This document shows, in pieces, positions 61,559 to 64,000 of a stretch of DNA of 64,000 nt; the first letter of the stretch is position 1, and each line of letters opens with the position of its first letter. Origin of the DNA: an uncultured bacterium (GTDB lineage: Bacteria; Omnitrophota; Omnitrophia; Omnitrophales; Abzuiibacteriaceae); assembly GCA_964387845.1 (NCBI GenBank), contig CAYLXA010000002.1, positions 128,001 to 192,000 on the forward strand. Reading direction: 5' to 3'. The notes below the pieces were generated by a model. It was not told the origin of the DNA, made no database searches, and saw only the letters and a list, made by a program, of their open reading frames with translations. Made by a program: the position numbers and the translations under genes.

Positions 61559-62896
61559 TTATCCGCGCTTGAATTGCTTTAAAACCCACTCCATTGTTTT
61601 CTCTTTGTCTTTAAACTTACCTTCCAACTGCATTTCGTAGGCTTGCGCTAAAATTTCTTTAAGTATCGGCCCGGCTATATAGCCCGCCTCAAGCAGATCG
61701 TTCCCGTTGATCAGGGGTTTGGGTTTTAAATTTTCTTTTTGGTATTCCTCGGTCTTTTTTTTGAGAAATTGATAATTATCCAGCTTCCCATGACTGGACT
61801 CACAATCAATTCGGTGCAGCTCCAATTCGGTCTCAAAATTCTCGCGCCCTACAAACTGTTTGAGTTTGCCGACCCGCATCACCTGCACGTCAGCAAATTT
61901 CATATGATTCTCAACGCATGAGAGAATACCATCAATTTCCCGGTTTGAAAACCTTAGGCGCCTTAATATTTTTTCAGCCATTTTGGCGCCAATGTGAGAA
62001 TGGTTATAAAAGGTGATTTTACCCTTTTCCCTGCTGAAAGTGACAGGCTTCCCCACATCATGCAAAAGCGCGCCGAATGCTAAAATAACAGATGGGTTTT
62101 CGAGCTTTTGCAAGAGCAGCTTCGTATGCACAAACACGTCTCCTTCCGGATGAAAATCAGGCTGCTGCTCAACGCCTTTCATAGCTTCTACCTCAGGGAG
62201 AATTATCTTTAAAAGGCCGCTTTCAGATAAAAGATCAAGGCCTCGGTTGGCATTCGGTCGCGTTAAAAGCTTGATTAATTCATCACGGATCCGTTCAGGG
62301 CTGACGACCTCAATGGCCGGCGCTAAACGCTTAACTTCTTTCCATGTCGCAGGTTCAATTTTAAACCCCAAGTTTGCGGCAAACCGGATAGCCCGCAAAA
62401 GCCGGAGCTTGTCTTCCTCAAATCTATCAGCCGGCTTTCCAATGGTCCGGATTATCTGTCTCTGGATGTCTTCCCTGCCGCCCACATGGTCAATTAATTC
62501 CTCTTTCAACGGATCATAAAAGAGGCCATTCATCGTAAAATCGCGGCGTTTAGCATCTTCTGCCGGAGAAGTAAACGAAACGCTTGAGGGGTGCCTGCCG
62601 TCCAAATAACGGCCTTCAGATCGAAAGGTGGCAACTTCGAACGGAATTTCATCTTCTAAGACAATCACAACACCAAACTGCTTACCCACGGGGATTGTCT
62701 TTTTGAACAGTTTCTCGATTTCCTCTGGCCGGGCGGTTGTGGCAATATCGAAATCCTCCGGCTCTTGCTTCATGACAAGATCGCGCACGCAGCCACCCGC
62801 GAACAAAGCCGTAAAACCGCTATTTCGCAGCGTTTTAACAATCTCAGTCGCTGTTTTCCGTACAAGGTCTGTACTTTTGGCTGGTTTTTTAGTCAT
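61559..62896 (-). CDS. cca: CCA tRNA nucleotidyltransferase / poly(A) polymerase family with an HD domain
   Basis: N-terminal Pol-beta NTase motif LFAGGCVRDLVM...DFDIAT and an HD motif (ALLHDVGK). Confidence 0.85.
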   Translation of the reverse strand: MTKKPAKSTDLVRKTATEIVKTLRNSGFTALFAGGCVRDLVMKQEPEDFDIATTARPEEIEKLFKKTIPVGKQFGVVIVLEDEIPFEVATFRSEGRYLDGRHPSSVSFTSPAEDAKRRDFTMNGLFYDPLKEELIDHVGGREDIQRQIIRTIGKPADRFEEDKLRLLRAIRFAANLGFKIEPATWKEVKRLAPAIEVVSPERIRDELIKLLTRPNANRGLDLLSESGLLKIILPEVEAMKGVEQQPDFHPEGDVFVHTKLLLQKLENPSVILAFGALLHDVGKPVTFSREKGKITFYNHSHIGAKMAEKILRRLRFSNREIDGILSCVENHMKFADVQVMRVGKLKQFVGRENFETELELHRIDCESSHGKLDNYQFLKKKTEEYQKENLKPKPLINGNDLLEAGYIAGPILKEILAQAYEMQLEGKFKDKEKTMEWVLKQFKRG

Positions 62897-63165
62897 CGAA
62901 TATCGAATGCTGTTAGTTGTAAATCCGGTGATTCCCTCACAATTTCCACGGAATCAACCCGTGCACCGCTTGGCCCTTTCCGGCACCAGTCGATTAATTG
63001 AACGACCATGGCTTCATCGCCTTGAATCCACGCTTCGACACTGCCGTTTGAAAGATTTCGAACATAGCCATGAAGCCCGCGTTTGCGCGCTTCATGAACC
63101 GTGCGCGCCCTAAAGAACACGCCTTGCACAAGCCCTTTAATTGAAATTCTTGCCGCCGATATCAT
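62893..63165 (-). CDS. acyP: Acylphosphatase
   Basis: VQGVFFR and GYVRNLSNGSVE motifs, 90 aa. Confidence 0.85.
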   Translation of the reverse strand: MISAARISIKGLVQGVFFRARTVHEARKRGLHGYVRNLSNGSVEAWIQGDEAMVVQLIDWCRKGPSGARVDSVEIVRESPDLQLTAFDIR

Positions 63166-63172
63166 ACCTCTG

Positions 63173-64000
63173 CTAAATCGTCTTCAATCGTCTCACTACC
63201 AAAAGCCCCGACAATGTAAAAAATGCAATCGCCACGATCATTAAATGCAGTCCGATTTTTTCAAACAAAATACCACCTACGAAAGTACTGACCGCACTTG
63301 CCAGATTTTGTATGCTCATCAACACAGCAAACAGCGAACTTTCTACGCCTGTGGAATTCGCTAATTTTGCGGCAGATGAAACAAGCGGCAAAATGCTGAT
63401 ATAGCCTAAAATGCCGCACATGACGAAGATCAAAATTGCCGATGTTTTGTTATGAATCAGGCTGCAGGATAAAATTGCCAAAAAACCCACTGCGATTGCC
63501 ATCCCGAGCGCATATTTTAGCCGCATTTGCTTCAAAAACTTCAAATAAATAAAACAGCCGATGATCGCCCCGCCCCATGTCACGCTGCTCAAAATTCCGA
63601 GAAACTGCTCGCTGAAGCCCAGGGTTTCGCGCATATAAAAGAAAAGCGGCGTGGCGAGCGCTGCCGAACCTGATGCAATCACGATAAATAATGAGAACCA
63701 AAGCAAATCACCGGAAAACAGAAATTTGACGCATTGGGCAAGCGGCTGCAGGATGTTGATGGTCGGCTTTGCGCGGGTTTTCTGCTCCAAATAAAATGAT
63801 AACGCCATGATTGAAACGATGGGAAGCAGCGCGGTCCATAAAAATATAAGCCGGTATTCGTATTTTCCCGCCACATAACCGCCCAAGACACCGCTAATGA
63901 GGGCTCCGGCACTGCGCATACCCCAAGCGATACTTTGATAAATTTGAGAGGTTTGCTCGGTTGAATGCTCAACCACAATTCCATCGGTTACCACATCGAT
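63173..64000 (-). CDS. MFS transporter, C-terminal part; the N-terminus lies beyond the window end
   Basis: Multiple TM helices with an MFS-like pattern. The frame is open to the window edge. Confidence 0.6.
   Translation of the reverse strand: MDVVTDGIVVEHSTEQTSQIYQSIAWGMRSAGALISGVLGGYVAGKYEYRLIFLWTALLPIVSIMALSFYLEQKTRAKPTINILQPLAQCVKFLFSGDLLWFSLFIVIASGSAALATPLFFYMRETLGFSEQFLGILSSVTWGGAIIGCFIYLKFLKQMRLKYALGMAIAVGFLAILSCSLIHNKTSAILIFVMCGILGYISILPLVSSAAKLANSTGVESSLFAVLMSIQNLASAVSTFVGGILFEKIGLHLMIVAIAFFTLSGLLVVRRLKTI

Overview
The window looks like a ~64 kb bacterial core-genome segment with about 70 protein genes. It is almost entirely + strand up to ~58.9 kb, then switches to a convergent – strand block. 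I saw no rRNA, tRNA, CRISPR array, transposase or integrase.

Recognisable content, in order:
- 1-4.0 kb: priA C-terminus, def, fmt, a GT4 glycosyltransferase, gap.
- 4.1-5.1 kb: an orphan F-ATPase epsilon-like gene translationally coupled to the c-di-AMP synthase gene cdaA.
- 5.2-5.4 kb: a compact promoter-to-terminator unit of unknown nature.
- 5.8-8.7 kb: a six-gene hypothetical operon (lipoprotein, Cas4-like nuclease, SPFH protein, DJ-1/PfpI, zinc-ribbon ORF, membrane protein).
- 8.8-15.4 kb: a glycogen cluster (glgB, GH57, malQ).
- 15.5-27.1 kb: pgk-tpiA-secG, recG, rsmD-coaD, yceD-rpmF-plsX-fabH-fabD-fabG-acpP-fabF.
- 27.2-35.5 kb: smc, pgsA, der, plsY, a PC4-like ssDNA-binding gene with its own consensus promoter, recA (consensus promoter, strong terminator), recX.
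- 35.5-50.0 kb: a tightly coupled alaS-hisDBHA-(membrane ORF)-hisFI-trpEGDCF string, followed 3 nt later by a PAS histidine kinase and a sigma-54 NtrC-type regulator.
- 50.2-58.9 kb: dnaK, then a Bat/MoxR-VWA-type cluster (two short BatD-like genes, moxR, DUF58, batA, batB, TPR batC with a Q/N-rich tail).
- 58.9-64.0 kb, – strand: HEAT-repeat protein, membrane protein, CCA enzyme, acylphosphatase, partial MFS transporter.

Several near-consensus sigma-70 promoters (TTGACA-N16/17-TATAAT) and two good rho-independent terminators are readable directly. Gene order and promoter style suggest a Chlorobi/Ignavibacteria-like lineage; this is inference only. Nothing looks like a classical mobile or defence island. 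The most interesting candidates are the orphan atpC-like/cdaA pair, the 5.2 kb unit, the Cas4-like/SPFH/DJ-1 operon, the PC4-like gene upstream of recA, the his-trp fusion with its embedded membrane ORF, and the duplicated BatD-like genes.
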